Origin: a virus
Length of the DNA: 64,000 bases
Direction: 5' to 3' (one strand)
Virus record (IMG/VR): IMGVR_UViG_3300047299_000067
Span: 32,001-96,000 of that record
In this document: piece after piece, positions 1 through 10,278 of the stretch
Layout of the letters: every line of letters starts with the position of its first letter
How positions within the stretch are numbered: the stretch's first letter is position 1
The notes under the pieces: generated by a model
Told to the model about the DNA's origin: nothing
The model's database searches: none
The model's input: only the letters and a program-made list of their open reading frames with translations
Made by a program: the position numbers and the translations under genes

Positions 1-2
1 AA

Positions 3-134
3 GCATGGTATGCAGCAACCGGTTGCCCCATTCTACTTAATACTAGTTTAAACATCAAAGGTATGCCAATGGTTAATACGCTAGAAGATGCTAAAGACTT
101 TTATGCAAAGTACAATGTCCGCGTTGTATCCTGA
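3..134 (+). CDS. 3' end of NodU/CmcH-family carbamoyltransferase (partial, runs off window start)
   Basis: Manual translation AWYAATGCPILLNTSLNIKGMPMVNTLEDAKDF...*; TGxPxLLNTSxNxxGxPxVxTxEDA is the carbamoyltransferase C-terminal motif. Confidence 0.8.
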   Translation, partial: AWYAATGCPILLNTSLNIKGMPMVNTLEDAKDFYAKYNVRVVS

Positions 135-144
135 TAAGAAATAT

Positions 145-150
145 TAAATA
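145..150 (+). promoter_or_regulatory. putative T4-like late promoter core TAAATA
   Basis: TTAAATA 8 nt before ATG 159; same hexamer recurs just upstream of several other genes. Confidence 0.55.
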
Positions 151-158
151 CTAGCATA

Positions 159-908
159 ATGCTAGATGTATTTTTTCTTAGTTATAACGAACCATACGCC
201 GATGAGAACTACGAACTTTTATTGAAAAAGGTTCCACATGCTCGTCGTGTAAATGGTATTCGAGGCTTTACAGAAGCACATCAAGAATGTGCCAAAAGAA
301 GTTTTACCAATAACTTTTATGTTGTAGATTCTGATGCTATAATAGTTGATGACTTTACTTTTGACTTTACGCCCAGTAAACATTTAACTTGGTGGGGTAT
401 TCCGGAAGCAGAATGTTTGTGTTTATGGAATAGCCAAAATCCAATCAACGGATTAGTTTACGGACACGGCGGTGTTAAGTTATTGCCAAAAGCAAGTTTA
501 TTAACTAAAAATCCGGATACAATTGATTTTACAACCGGATTTGGATTAAGCATTAAAGTGTTCGATACTGTTAGCAACATAACAAAATTTAACTATGACG
601 AGTTTAGCACTTGGCGTAGTGCGTTTCGCGAATGTGTTAAGCTAACAACGAACTTAACTAACGACGAACTTAAATATAAGTTAAATTATAATTTAGTAGA
701 GTTAGAAAAGATACGAAATGAAAGTCGTGCAAGACTCGAAATATGGATGACTAAAGGTGCCAAGAAACCGTTTGGTAAGTATGCATTAAACGGTGCAATC
801 GCTGGCAACCGATACGGAACTGAAAATGCAGCAGACCGAGAAGCATTGAAACAAATTAACAATTTAGACTGGATGAAAGATGAGTTTATTAAATTCTATA
901 ACAACTAA
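159..908 (+). CDS. GT-A-like glycosyltransferase paralog 1
   Basis: FLSYxE, AHxxxA, VVDSD (DxD), NPINGLVYGHGGVKL, AFRE motifs shared with next two ORFs. Confidence 0.55.
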   Translation: MLDVFFLSYNEPYADENYELLLKKVPHARRVNGIRGFTEAHQECAKRSFTNNFYVVDSDAIIVDDFTFDFTPSKHLTWWGIPEAECLCLWNSQNPINGLVYGHGGVKLLPKASLLTKNPDTIDFTTGFGLSIKVFDTVSNITKFNYDEFSTWRSAFRECVKLTTNLTNDELKYKLNYNLVELEKIRNESRARLEIWMTKGAKKPFGKYALNGAIAGNRYGTENAADREALKQINNLDWMKDEFIKFYNN

Positions 909-1899
909 AAACATAGCAGTACCAAAACAAGACGAAGTTATTAAACTTAAAGACATGCCTGTTGTCTTTTTAAGCTACGACGAACCTAATGCAGATGAAA
1001 ATTTTGAATATTTAAAGTCAAAACACCCTAATTATAAAAAAATTAAACGAGTGCATGGCGTTAAGGGATTTGATGCAGCACACAAAGAAGCCGCTCGTGT
1101 AGCAGATTCTGAACGCTTTTTTACTATAGATGCAGATTGTCGTGTCGACCGTGCTATATGGTCTAAAAGCATTAAACTAACCCCGGATATTGCACAAGCA
1201 ACATTGAGTTGGAGCAGCAGAAACATTGTCAATGGCTTAGTATACGGCAACGGCGGAGTTAAGCTATGGTATTCCGAGCATGTTAAAAACATGCAAAGTC
1301 ACGAAGCTGCTGATAAAGAAGATGGCAGAAACAATGTGGATTTTTGTTGGGACCCTGCTAACTATAAACAAATGAACAGCACATATGGCGTGGTGCATAA
1401 CAACTCTACTGCCAAGCAAGCCTTTAGAGCAGGTTATCGCGAAGGCATTAAAATGGGCTTGGACCAAGGCAACTTGGTAGCAGTGGAAGATTTTAATCAT
1501 AAAATGTATCCTGCTAACTATGCTCGTTGGTTGATTTGGATGACTGTTGGCCGCGATGTTGAAAACGGCGATTGGTCCATTTACGGAGCAAGATTAGCTG
1601 CTCGCATGTTATATATCGATCGTGTTGACCATACAACAATTGCAGATTACGATTGGTTTGATAAATTCTGGGAACAACAATGCCAAGAACTTAATCACGG
1701 CGAGTATTTGGAAAGTCATAGCCATAGAATTGCAAACGAACTTAGAACTCAACTTAATTTACCTTTAGTAGAATTAGATGCAGACCAAAGCACATGGTTT
1801 AAGCATGTGCATATCAGCCCGAGCAAAGGTCAAGGATGGCCGGAATTATTAAACCAAAGTGCATTGCCGTTATATGGATTTACTCTCCCAAAATTCTAA
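880..1899 (+). CDS. GT-A-like glycosyltransferase paralog 2
   Basis: FLSYDE, GFDAAHKEAA, TIDAD, NGLVYGNGGVKL, GYREGIK. Confidence 0.55.
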   Translation: MSLLNSITTKNIAVPKQDEVIKLKDMPVVFLSYDEPNADENFEYLKSKHPNYKKIKRVHGVKGFDAAHKEAARVADSERFFTIDADCRVDRAIWSKSIKLTPDIAQATLSWSSRNIVNGLVYGNGGVKLWYSEHVKNMQSHEAADKEDGRNNVDFCWDPANYKQMNSTYGVVHNNSTAKQAFRAGYREGIKMGLDQGNLVAVEDFNHKMYPANYARWLIWMTVGRDVENGDWSIYGARLAARMLYIDRVDHTTIADYDWFDKFWEQQCQELNHGEYLESHSHRIANELRTQLNLPLVELDADQSTWFKHVHISPSKGQGWPELLNQSALPLYGFTLPKF

Positions 1900-2572
1900 T
1901 ATCCCTGTATACTTTTTATACACAGATGAAAAGAACTTAAATGCAAATTGGAACAGACTATTAAAATTCGCCCCTGAAGCTGTGGCAGTTAGTAGCATTG
2001 GTTCTATATTCGAAAGCCACAAGCATATTGCAAAACAATGTGCCTCGGATAGATTTTATGTAGTCGATGCAGATTGTTGGATTGTTGATAGATTTAGTTT
2101 TGATAAAAAGATAGATTTAACACCGCGCAGTGTTGCAGTGTTTAGGGCAAAGAATCCGATCAATGGATTAGTTTACGGTCATGGCGGGATTAAATTGTTC
2201 AGCAAAGATTGTTTTGACGTGGAGCGTCTCAATCGTCCCGACATGACCACCACTCTTGCAGATAGTTATATTAAAGTTAATATACTAGCAAGCGAACACA
2301 GATTTAATTACACTCCGTATGCTACGTGGCGAACAGCGTTTAGAGAAGCTATAAAGTTAAGTGCTGGTATTAATAAAAACAACAACGATCAAGAAAGCCT
2401 CGATCGCCTTAACATGTGGCTTAACGCAGGTAATGAAGCAGAGTATGGATATTTTGCCATACAAGGTGCCCGCGCTGGCGAGCAGTATGCTAGAACAAAA
2501 AATGCAGACTTTACGTTGGTAAACGATTTTGATTGGCTACAAGAACAATTTAATACTTGGGTTGGAATTTAA
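1874..2572 (+). CDS. GT-A-like glycosyltransferase paralog 3
   Basis: VVDAD, NPINGLVYGHGGIKL, AFREAIK; ATG at 1874 preferred. Confidence 0.55.
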   Translation: MDLLSQNSNIPVYFLYTDEKNLNANWNRLLKFAPEAVAVSSIGSIFESHKHIAKQCASDRFYVVDADCWIVDRFSFDKKIDLTPRSVAVFRAKNPINGLVYGHGGIKLFSKDCFDVERLNRPDMTTTLADSYIKVNILASEHRFNYTPYATWRTAFREAIKLSAGINKNNNDQESLDRLNMWLNAGNEAEYGYFAIQGARAGEQYARTKNADFTLVNDFDWLQEQFNTWVGI

Positions 2573-3432
2573 TGTTAGACGATAATTCTATTACCTGGTT
2601 ATTTGGTATTGAAAAATACTTTCACTTTCAGCGTCAATTCGATCAAGAACTGTTTATTCGTTCGTTGATTAATTTAAAATACAGCGACCAAATAAACAAG
2701 CCATGGAAGTTGCGTGATTTAATAACTTTAGATTACTCGCTATATCCTACAGATAGCAGAGAACATCGCACTAATATATACACTAAGTTATGTGTCGAAA
2801 ATAATATAACAACTCAAGAAGTAGTTTACTTGTTAAGTTCGATTTGGCCAACAGACGCATTGATTAGTAAGTTGCATCACATAGTAGCGTTAAACCAGGG
2901 AGAACTGTTAGCAACAGTATTTTCTAAAGGGCAAGTGTTTAGTAAAATATGGATGTCGGAAATACTTTCTAAGTTTGATTTAAAGTTCGATAGTATTTTA
3001 TTAATCGGTGGCTGGCTAGCACATCATACTTTATATTTGAATGATGTTAAGTTTAATGAGCTTTACAGCATTGATCCCGATTCGAGCATAAACGAGTTGA
3101 TTGAAATTGTTAACCCTGGTGCTATAGTTGTTAATAAACAAATAAACGAGTGCTTTGATTTTGCAAATAATATTACAATATATGGTAAAACAATACTACC
3201 AAGTTTAGTTATCAATACTTCTGCAGAGCATATGGACAACGCATGGTACGAAAAACTTGCACCCGGGACAAAAGTCTTTATTGAAAGCAATGATTATGAT
3301 ATACCCGAGCACATTAACTGGTGCACAAATTTAGAAAACTTTGCAGCTAAGTATCCTATGCAAACAGTTTATTATCGCGGAGAATTGGCACTTTCTAAAT
3401 ACAAGCGTTTTGCACTTTACGGAATAAAATAA
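2572..3432 (+). CDS. class I SAM-dependent methyltransferase-like protein
   Basis: ILLIGGW motif I-like, SIDPD, INTSAEHM; TAATG overlap with upstream stop. Confidence 0.55.
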   Translation: MLDDNSITWLFGIEKYFHFQRQFDQELFIRSLINLKYSDQINKPWKLRDLITLDYSLYPTDSREHRTNIYTKLCVENNITTQEVVYLLSSIWPTDALISKLHHIVALNQGELLATVFSKGQVFSKIWMSEILSKFDLKFDSILLIGGWLAHHTLYLNDVKFNELYSIDPDSSINELIEIVNPGAIVVNKQINECFDFANNITIYGKTILPSLVINTSAEHMDNAWYEKLAPGTKVFIESNDYDIPEHINWCTNLENFAAKYPMQTVYYRGELALSKYKRFALYGIK

Positions 3433-4604
3433 TGTATAACTATAGCGAAATAAAAACAGTGCATCTAGAAATGACCGAAGCATGCAATGCTTCTTGTCCT
3501 ATGTGTGCGAGAAATCTAAACGGAGGCGAGGTTAGTCCTTTATTACACGGTGCAGAATTATCTATCGCAGATATCGAAAAAATATTCACAGTAGATTTTA
3601 TTAAACAGTTGGATCGAATTTACATGTGCGGGAACTACGGCGACCCGGCGGTAGCAAGCGACACCCTCGAAGCTTTTGCGTACTTTAGAGAAAACAATCC
3701 TAAAATAAATCTAAGCATGCATACTAACGGCAGTATGAAAAAGCCAGAATGGTGGGCAGAACTTGCGGGAGTTATCGGCAAACGAGGTTATGTTATATTT
3801 GGCATCGACGGACTTGAGGATACTAATCATTTATATAGACAAGGAACTGTTTGGAAAAAGATTATGGAAAATGCCCGAGCGTTTATCGAAGCCGGCGGTA
3901 GAGCACGTTGGGATTATATCGTATTTGCACACAATGAACATCAAGTGGAGCAAGCCGAGCAATTGGCAAAGGATATGAACTTTGAAAAGTTTAATGTTAA
4001 AAAGTCAAACAGATTCTTTAGCAACACCCGCGGCGAAGTTAAACAAGAGCACCAAGCAGGTAATCGCAAAGGTGCTGCAACTACTTTACTTGCCATGCCC
4101 ACCGATCCTAAATATCACAACCAAGCTATTAAAAAATTGAGTGACTTAACCAAAGGACAACAGTCCGATCCGTATCAGCTGATTACAACTGTAGCAGACT
4201 TAGAAGGTAAAGTTGGCAGTCAACGGTTTTCTTCGGACCCTGATAAGAAAAAGCCAATGGAAAAGTATTGGGACGAAGTCCCAATCAAATGTAAAGTAGC
4301 CGAAGAAAAAAGCATTTACATAACAGCAGAAGGATATTTGCAACCATGCTGCTGGACTGCTGGACAAATGTATGTGTGGTACTGGAAAGACCGTGGAGGA
4401 CAAATTTGGAACGCTATAGATCAAGCAGGACTAGATACACTTGATTTAAAACAACATTCTCTAGAACAAGTTATAAGTGGTAAATTCATTCAAGAAGTCA
4501 TTCCCGACAGTTGGAGCAAACCCAGCTGTGCAGAGGGAAAACTGGCAGTATGTGCCAAGACTTGCGGCACTAAATACGATGTATTTACAAGCCAATTTAA
4601 ATGA
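3432..4604 (+). CDS. radical SAM protein with C-terminal Cys (twitch-like) domain
   Basis: CNASCPMC, GNYGDP, HTNG, IDG; C-terminal C...PCC...CxxxC. Confidence 0.9.
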   Translation: MYNYSEIKTVHLEMTEACNASCPMCARNLNGGEVSPLLHGAELSIADIEKIFTVDFIKQLDRIYMCGNYGDPAVASDTLEAFAYFRENNPKINLSMHTNGSMKKPEWWAELAGVIGKRGYVIFGIDGLEDTNHLYRQGTVWKKIMENARAFIEAGGRARWDYIVFAHNEHQVEQAEQLAKDMNFEKFNVKKSNRFFSNTRGEVKQEHQAGNRKGAATTLLAMPTDPKYHNQAIKKLSDLTKGQQSDPYQLITTVADLEGKVGSQRFSSDPDKKKPMEKYWDEVPIKCKVAEEKSIYITAEGYLQPCCWTAGQMYVWYWKDRGGQIWNAIDQAGLDTLDLKQHSLEQVISGKFIQEVIPDSWSKPSCAEGKLAVCAKTCGTKYDVFTSQFK

Positions 4605-5737
4605 ATTTACAACAAATTAAAAAAATAGAACTAGAAATTTCTAGTAATTGCAATGCAGCTTGTCCGGGCTGTGCAAGAACACAATATCAAGGTGATTTTT
4701 CTGTAGAGAATATTACATTAGAGCAAATTAAAAATATCTTTCCTGATAGAGAATCTATTGTTGATAAGAATTTTAAATTGTGCGGGGTGTTAGGCGATCC
4801 AATTATCAACAAGGACTGTTTAGAAATCGTGCGTTATATTGTTGCCAATGACGGATACTGCCAACTTAGCACTAACGCTGGATTACGAGATGCTGAGTTC
4901 TGGACAGAACTTGGTGTGCTGTCTAAATATACCAATCGTGTTGATGTAAATTTTTGTATAGACGGTCACCGAGACACTAATCACATTTATCGTATTGGCA
5001 CAGACTGGGCAGTTATTGAACGCAACCTAGAAGCATATTGTTCGGCAACTGAATATAAACCTGCAGGGACCTGGGTTTATATTGTATTCGATCATAACGA
5101 ACACGAACTAGAAACGGCCCAGAAGCATGCCGAACGCTTGGGATTACAATTTGCAACAAGAACAGGTATGCGAAATAGCTTGCATAACTGGGTAAGCGAC
5201 TTAAAAAGAAAAAACAAAGAAACTAAACAGGTAGAATATTCTACCCAAGTTATAACAACTAGCGGAGCAAAAGAGCATAGTAAAAAGGCAATTGTTGCCG
5301 AGCTAGATAATTTTATTAAACTGGCAGAAGAAAAGAAAAATAGAAAAGCTCCGCCGCCAAATATTACTTTTATGCTAACTGAAGAAGATGCATACGAACA
5401 GAAGAAACAAGAAATAGTTTCATCCATTAAATGCAAATTATATCACGAACGAGAACTGTTTATTGCTAGCAACATGACTGTATGGCCGTGCTGCTTCTTA
5501 TGGGACAATATGTTCAGACGTAAAGAACAAATTGTCGATAAGCTAGGTATATTTGACGAAGAATGGAATAGTTTAAAAAAACATTCTATAGACGAGATAT
5601 TAGAGCACCCGTGGTTTGATCATTTACTTCGTGCTTCCTGGGACCCGGATCACCCGCTACATTTTAATAGATGTATTAGAACATGTGCTTACAATAAGGC
5701 ATATCAAAACGAATTTAATTATAAGGATAAGAAATAA
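4601..5737 (+). CDS. radical SAM protein, paralog of 3432-4604
   Basis: CNAACPGC, GVLGDP, STNAG, IDG; C-terminal PCC and CIRTC. Confidence 0.9.
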   Translation: MNLQQIKKIELEISSNCNAACPGCARTQYQGDFSVENITLEQIKNIFPDRESIVDKNFKLCGVLGDPIINKDCLEIVRYIVANDGYCQLSTNAGLRDAEFWTELGVLSKYTNRVDVNFCIDGHRDTNHIYRIGTDWAVIERNLEAYCSATEYKPAGTWVYIVFDHNEHELETAQKHAERLGLQFATRTGMRNSLHNWVSDLKRKNKETKQVEYSTQVITTSGAKEHSKKAIVAELDNFIKLAEEKKNRKAPPPNITFMLTEEDAYEQKKQEIVSSIKCKLYHERELFIASNMTVWPCCFLWDNMFRRKEQIVDKLGIFDEEWNSLKKHSIDEILEHPWFDHLLRASWDPDHPLHFNRCIRTCAYNKAYQNEFNYKDKK

Positions 5738-7143
5738 TGCAAAAGCTACCAAGTAAAACTTTTTGTATTTTACCGTGGGTGCATTTAAGCACTCGCCCAA
5801 ACGGACATATGCGTGTATGCTGTACGGCAAATGCCAGCAGTGTAGGTCCCACTAACGACAAGGAGCATGGTGGCGAAGTCGGAGTTCTAAAACAAGAAGA
5901 TGGCAAACCGGCTAACTTAAACGTTACGGACTTTCTAAGTAGTTGGAATAATACTTACATGAAAAACACTCGCTTGAAAATGTTGGCAGGCGAAGAACCT
6001 CCGAGTTGTACCAAATGCTATAAAGAAGAACGCGAAGGGCATAAAAGCAAACGTCAATGGGAAACAGCGTATTGGAGCCAACGAGTTGATTTAAACAAGC
6101 TATTAGCAGACACAGACACTGATGGAAGTGTTCCTCCGCAAATTACGTATATCGACATGCGTTTTGGTACTAAGTGCAACTTGGCTTGTGTTATGTGCAG
6201 CCCGCATGACAGTAGTTTATGGATTCCTGAATGGAATAAAATTTATCCAAATATCTCCAACCCGGTGCTTAAAGAAACAATGGGCTGGGATAAAAATGAA
6301 CAAGCTACAAATGGCGCAAGTTACAACTGGCATAAAAACAATCCAGAGTTTTGGACGCAGTTATGGGAACAGATTCCTAACATGAAGCAACTTTATTTTG
6401 CAGGCGGCGAGCCGTTGATTATCGACGAACACTATGAAATTTTGGAGCAGTGTATTAAACAAGGCTATGCCAAAGATATGGAAATACGTTATAACAGCAA
6501 TGGCGTAGAATGGCGTGAAGACTTGTTTGAACTTTGGAGCCATTTTAAGCTAGTACGTTTCCATTATAGCGTAGACGCAGTAGGCGAACGAAACGATTAC
6601 ATTCGTTATCCGAGCAAATGGGACCGCAACTTAGAAGCATTTAAGCAGTTGGATGAATTGACAGGCGATAACGTAGAAGTTACAATAGCATGTGCAGTGC
6701 AGGCTTTAAACATTTATTATATTCCCGAGTTCTTAAAGTGGAAGTTAGAACACGGATTTAAAAAGGTTAACATGTGGCCATTTGGCGCAGGTGGCATCAA
6801 CTATCATTTTGTGTACCATCCACCGCATTTAAACGTTAAAGTATTGCCAATGTGGTTTAAAGACGAAATTGAACGCAAGTACGAAGAATTTATACCATGG
6901 TGGCAAGCCAACTGGCAAAAAGGTGTGCCCGAATGGCATAAAGGAAAAGTCACGCAAGAAATGTTCGATTCTGCGGATTACGGTATTAGCAGATTACGTG
7001 GCATGATTAAGTTTGCCAAGAGCGAAGACTGGAGTAATAGATTGCCGGAGATGAAGCAATATTTAGAAGCATTAGATGCACATCGAGGAACAAACTTTTA
7101 CGAAACATTCCCTGAAATGAAGGATATATTTAAAGATGTTTGA
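5737..7143 (+). CDS. radical SAM protein with N-terminal twitch/SPASM-like domain
   Basis: FCILPW..RVCC..CTKC then CNLACVMC, AGGEP, NSN. Confidence 0.9.
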   Translation: MQKLPSKTFCILPWVHLSTRPNGHMRVCCTANASSVGPTNDKEHGGEVGVLKQEDGKPANLNVTDFLSSWNNTYMKNTRLKMLAGEEPPSCTKCYKEEREGHKSKRQWETAYWSQRVDLNKLLADTDTDGSVPPQITYIDMRFGTKCNLACVMCSPHDSSLWIPEWNKIYPNISNPVLKETMGWDKNEQATNGASYNWHKNNPEFWTQLWEQIPNMKQLYFAGGEPLIIDEHYEILEQCIKQGYAKDMEIRYNSNGVEWREDLFELWSHFKLVRFHYSVDAVGERNDYIRYPSKWDRNLEAFKQLDELTGDNVEVTIACAVQALNIYYIPEFLKWKLEHGFKKVNMWPFGAGGINYHFVYHPPHLNVKVLPMWFKDEIERKYEEFIPWWQANWQKGVPEWHKGKVTQEMFDSADYGISRLRGMIKFAKSEDWSNRLPEMKQYLEALDAHRGTNFYETFPEMKDIFKDV

Positions 7144-8071
7144 ACGAAACACTAATGTAGGTTTTGATTTTAATTGGAGCAGAGTTCCTGACTCTAATAT
7201 AACTAAAAGAAACATAACCGTTATACATGACTTTTTGCAAGAAAATAAAAAGAATGTAGATTGGAATAATATTTACAATATAAATGGTATTCCTATTTAC
7301 TTGAATCGAGAGGAAGAAAACATAGCAATAACATTAAGTGGCGGTGCAGACAGCTCGATGTTATTATTTTTGCTATGCAGTTTGATAGAAGACTTAAAAA
7401 TAAATCCAACTATTCATGCGATTACAATGGTTAGATTTTGGCGAGATAGAATTTATATAGAAGATTTAGTTGCAAACGTTATTGGCTTTATAAATTCTAG
7501 ATTCCCTAATATAAAAATAAAATCTCATTTTGGATTCATTCCTACCGCGTTAGAAACTACTCCTTTAGAAAATTTAAATTTTAGACTAGATCCTGCATGG
7601 TCGGGGAGAAAACCTGACGATTTAAAGGGCCGATTTGCTGATGTTTATGCCGTAGGCGATTATTCTGATTATGTATGCAGCAGAAATAATATCGGTTATT
7701 CTTATACAGGAACAACTACTAACCCCGAGCACCATATTGCATTGGCTCCTGAATTTAGAAATGTTAAGGAAATAGATCCCAACAGATACAGCTATCAATT
7801 TTTTAAGAAAATAGGAAAAAATACTTTTTCAATGGGTCCATTTGAATATATACAAAAAAACTGGGTTATGGCGCAGTACGAAAACTTCGGGTTAGAAGAT
7901 TATATGATGATGACTCGTAGCTGCGAAGGCGGAAAACATAATATGGATTTAACTTTCGGCCCCGGTAAATGGACGGCCGAAGGAAGCAAATATGTCTGCG
8001 GTCGTTGTTTTTTCTGCAATGAAAGATCATGGGCATTAGATTCGAAAATGCCGTTTTTAATTAAGAAATAA
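7136..8071 (+). CDS. QueC-like PP-loop ATP pyrophosphatase
   Basis: LSGGADSS PP-loop; TRSCE...CGRCFFCNER Zn-site resembling QueC. Confidence 0.7.
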   Translation: MFERNTNVGFDFNWSRVPDSNITKRNITVIHDFLQENKKNVDWNNIYNINGIPIYLNREEENIAITLSGGADSSMLLFLLCSLIEDLKINPTIHAITMVRFWRDRIYIEDLVANVIGFINSRFPNIKIKSHFGFIPTALETTPLENLNFRLDPAWSGRKPDDLKGRFADVYAVGDYSDYVCSRNNIGYSYTGTTTNPEHHIALAPEFRNVKEIDPNRYSYQFFKKIGKNTFSMGPFEYIQKNWVMAQYENFGLEDYMMMTRSCEGGKHNMDLTFGPGKWTAEGSKYVCGRCFFCNERSWALDSKMPFLIKK

Positions 8072-8072
8072 C

Positions 8073-9443
8073 ATGACTAATCCGATTACTTGCTATTATA
8101 CATTAGGCGGCATAAACTATAAAAATGGCTTTGTTACAAGCTGCCCGCAACAAAGCGACCAGCTTTACATTATGAAAGAAGGGCAATCTATTAAGCCCAG
8201 TGATATCATTAATTCCGAGGGCTTTAAAAAGCACAGAAAAGAAATGATGTCCGGACAATGGAGCGCAGGTTGTCATTTATGTAAAGAAATTGAAGTAAAT
8301 GGCGCCGGGCATAGTATGAGAAAGGATTACCCTGCAACAACGTTACACTATAATGAAGAAACTGGAGAAATTGATTTTGCTGGCGTAAAGCATTTAGAGT
8401 TGCGTTTTAGTAACGCATGCAATTTTGCATGTTTGCATTGTAGCGATGTGTATAGTAGCGGCTGGATGAGTAAATTAAAATACTACGAACCAGACAAAGA
8501 TGACTTTAGATTTCAGTTGATTCAATTAACCAAAAAGATGCATCGTGTTGGCGCAGAAGATAAACTATCTATTGACATTGATATAGAAAGCATGGAAGTT
8601 ATTGTTAATGACTTAATTGCAAACTTTCCTAACTTAGAAAAAATCGACTTCGCCGGTGGAGAAGTATTATATCAAAAGCAATTCTTGCCATGCTTAGAGT
8701 TATTAGCAACACATCCTAATGCAAAAAACATAGGAATAGTATTTCATTCTAACTTTAATGCTCGCGCAGACCTTCATAGATTATACAATGCATTAAAGAA
8801 TTTTAAATGCACTCCGGAATTGCCAGAATCTATAACGACGACAATTATGTTAAGTTTAGATTCCGGCAAGAATATTTACGACTACTTCAGAACTGGTCAA
8901 TGGGAAGTTCTTAAACAAAATTTGAGTGAGTTCAATTCATATGATATCGACAATAAAATAAAATTAACAATTGTATGTACTACAAGCGCTTACCAAATTA
9001 TGGACATTGAAAACATTTTTAGTTCTTTCTTAGAATTAGACGTGAATGAGATTAGCTCTAGTATCGTATATACACCTAAATACTTAAATCCATCATTGAT
9101 GATGTTAAATTTTAAAGACAGTGTGCTAGCGGATTTGGAATCTACAAAGAAAATAATAGCCAATGCAAATTTTGAAAGATATAAAAATATTGCCGTAACG
9201 TCAAAAAAACGTTCGTGGCATCCGGTTGCAAAAACATTTAAAGATATAATTTCGGCACAAGACGCAATAGAAAATATTAAAACATATATTACTAATACTG
9301 TTCTACCAGACACAGAATATATGGTTATGTCGTTAGAGCATTATATAGGCAAAACAGACAAGATCTGGAAACAAGAATTTAATGAAAGATTTGTTAAGTA
9401 CAAATACATAGACGGAAAGATTATAAGGAACGAACATGATTGA
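8073..9443 (+). CDS. radical SAM protein with N-terminal Cys domain
   Basis: N-terminal C..SC..CHLC; CNFACLHC, AGGE. Confidence 0.88.
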   Translation: MTNPITCYYTLGGINYKNGFVTSCPQQSDQLYIMKEGQSIKPSDIINSEGFKKHRKEMMSGQWSAGCHLCKEIEVNGAGHSMRKDYPATTLHYNEETGEIDFAGVKHLELRFSNACNFACLHCSDVYSSGWMSKLKYYEPDKDDFRFQLIQLTKKMHRVGAEDKLSIDIDIESMEVIVNDLIANFPNLEKIDFAGGEVLYQKQFLPCLELLATHPNAKNIGIVFHSNFNARADLHRLYNALKNFKCTPELPESITTTIMLSLDSGKNIYDYFRTGQWEVLKQNLSEFNSYDIDNKIKLTIVCTTSAYQIMDIENIFSSFLELDVNEISSSIVYTPKYLNPSLMMLNFKDSVLADLESTKKIIANANFERYKNIAVTSKKRSWHPVAKTFKDIISAQDAIENIKTYITNTVLPDTEYMVMSLEHYIGKTDKIWKQEFNERFVKYKYIDGKIIRNEHD

Positions 9444-10278
9444 TTTTAGTGCAAGCAACGATTTATACAAGAATATACCAGAGTCGTACGGGAACATTCG
9501 ACTATTCCGTTTCGACGGATTAGATCTACCATTTAATCCCGATTGGAAGAACATTGGTATTAACTTAAGTGGCGGCGCCGACAGTAGTTGTTTGCTAATG
9601 TTGTTATGCAAAATTATAGAAGAAACTAAATCTGATTGCCGGGTACATGTAATCCAACATCATCGTTGCTGGAATATTCGTCCGTGGCAAGGCCCAGTTG
9701 CATTAGAAGTTTTTAACAAATTTAAAGAATTATTCCCCGCTATAGAATTCATTCGCTATAAAAATTTCATCCCTGTTGAATTAGAATGGGGCGTACTTGG
9801 TCCTATTACAACAGATGCAAAAGGCCGTCCTCGATCCGGCGATCAAATCATTGTAGATTCGTTTAACGAATATGTAATGTACAACGAAAATATTGATGCT
9901 ATGTATAATGGTACTAGCAGAAACCCTGATGTAGATTTGCCTCATAAAATGATGAATAGAGAAAAGTCTGCAGAACAAGGCGAGGTTCGTGACTTAATCT
10001 TTAAGAAAGTAAAGGGCTTAGTAATACTTCCTTTTAAGTTCGTTCGTAAGGATTGGATTGTAGCACAATTTTATCGTCAAGGACGTGCAGACTTGTATAA
10101 TACAACACGTAGTTGCGAAGGCAATGTAGGGCATGCAACTAGTGCAGAATTGATCCCGACATTAGAAGATTACAAACCTGGTATGTATGTTCCGTTGTGT
10201 AAAGAATGTTTTTGGTGCTTAGAGAGAGACTGGGCAGATAGCAAATTAGAAGAAACATTAGCGAAACTAAATGACTAA
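9436..10278 (+). CDS. QueC-like PP-loop ATP pyrophosphatase (paralog of 7136-8071)
   Basis: LSGGADSS; TRSCE...CKECFWCLER. Confidence 0.7.
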   Translation: MIDFSASNDLYKNIPESYGNIRLFRFDGLDLPFNPDWKNIGINLSGGADSSCLLMLLCKIIEETKSDCRVHVIQHHRCWNIRPWQGPVALEVFNKFKELFPAIEFIRYKNFIPVELEWGVLGPITTDAKGRPRSGDQIIVDSFNEYVMYNENIDAMYNGTSRNPDVDLPHKMMNREKSAEQGEVRDLIFKKVKGLVILPFKFVRKDWIVAQFYRQGRADLYNTTRSCEGNVGHATSAELIPTLEDYKPGMYVPLCKECFWCLERDWADSKLEETLAKLND

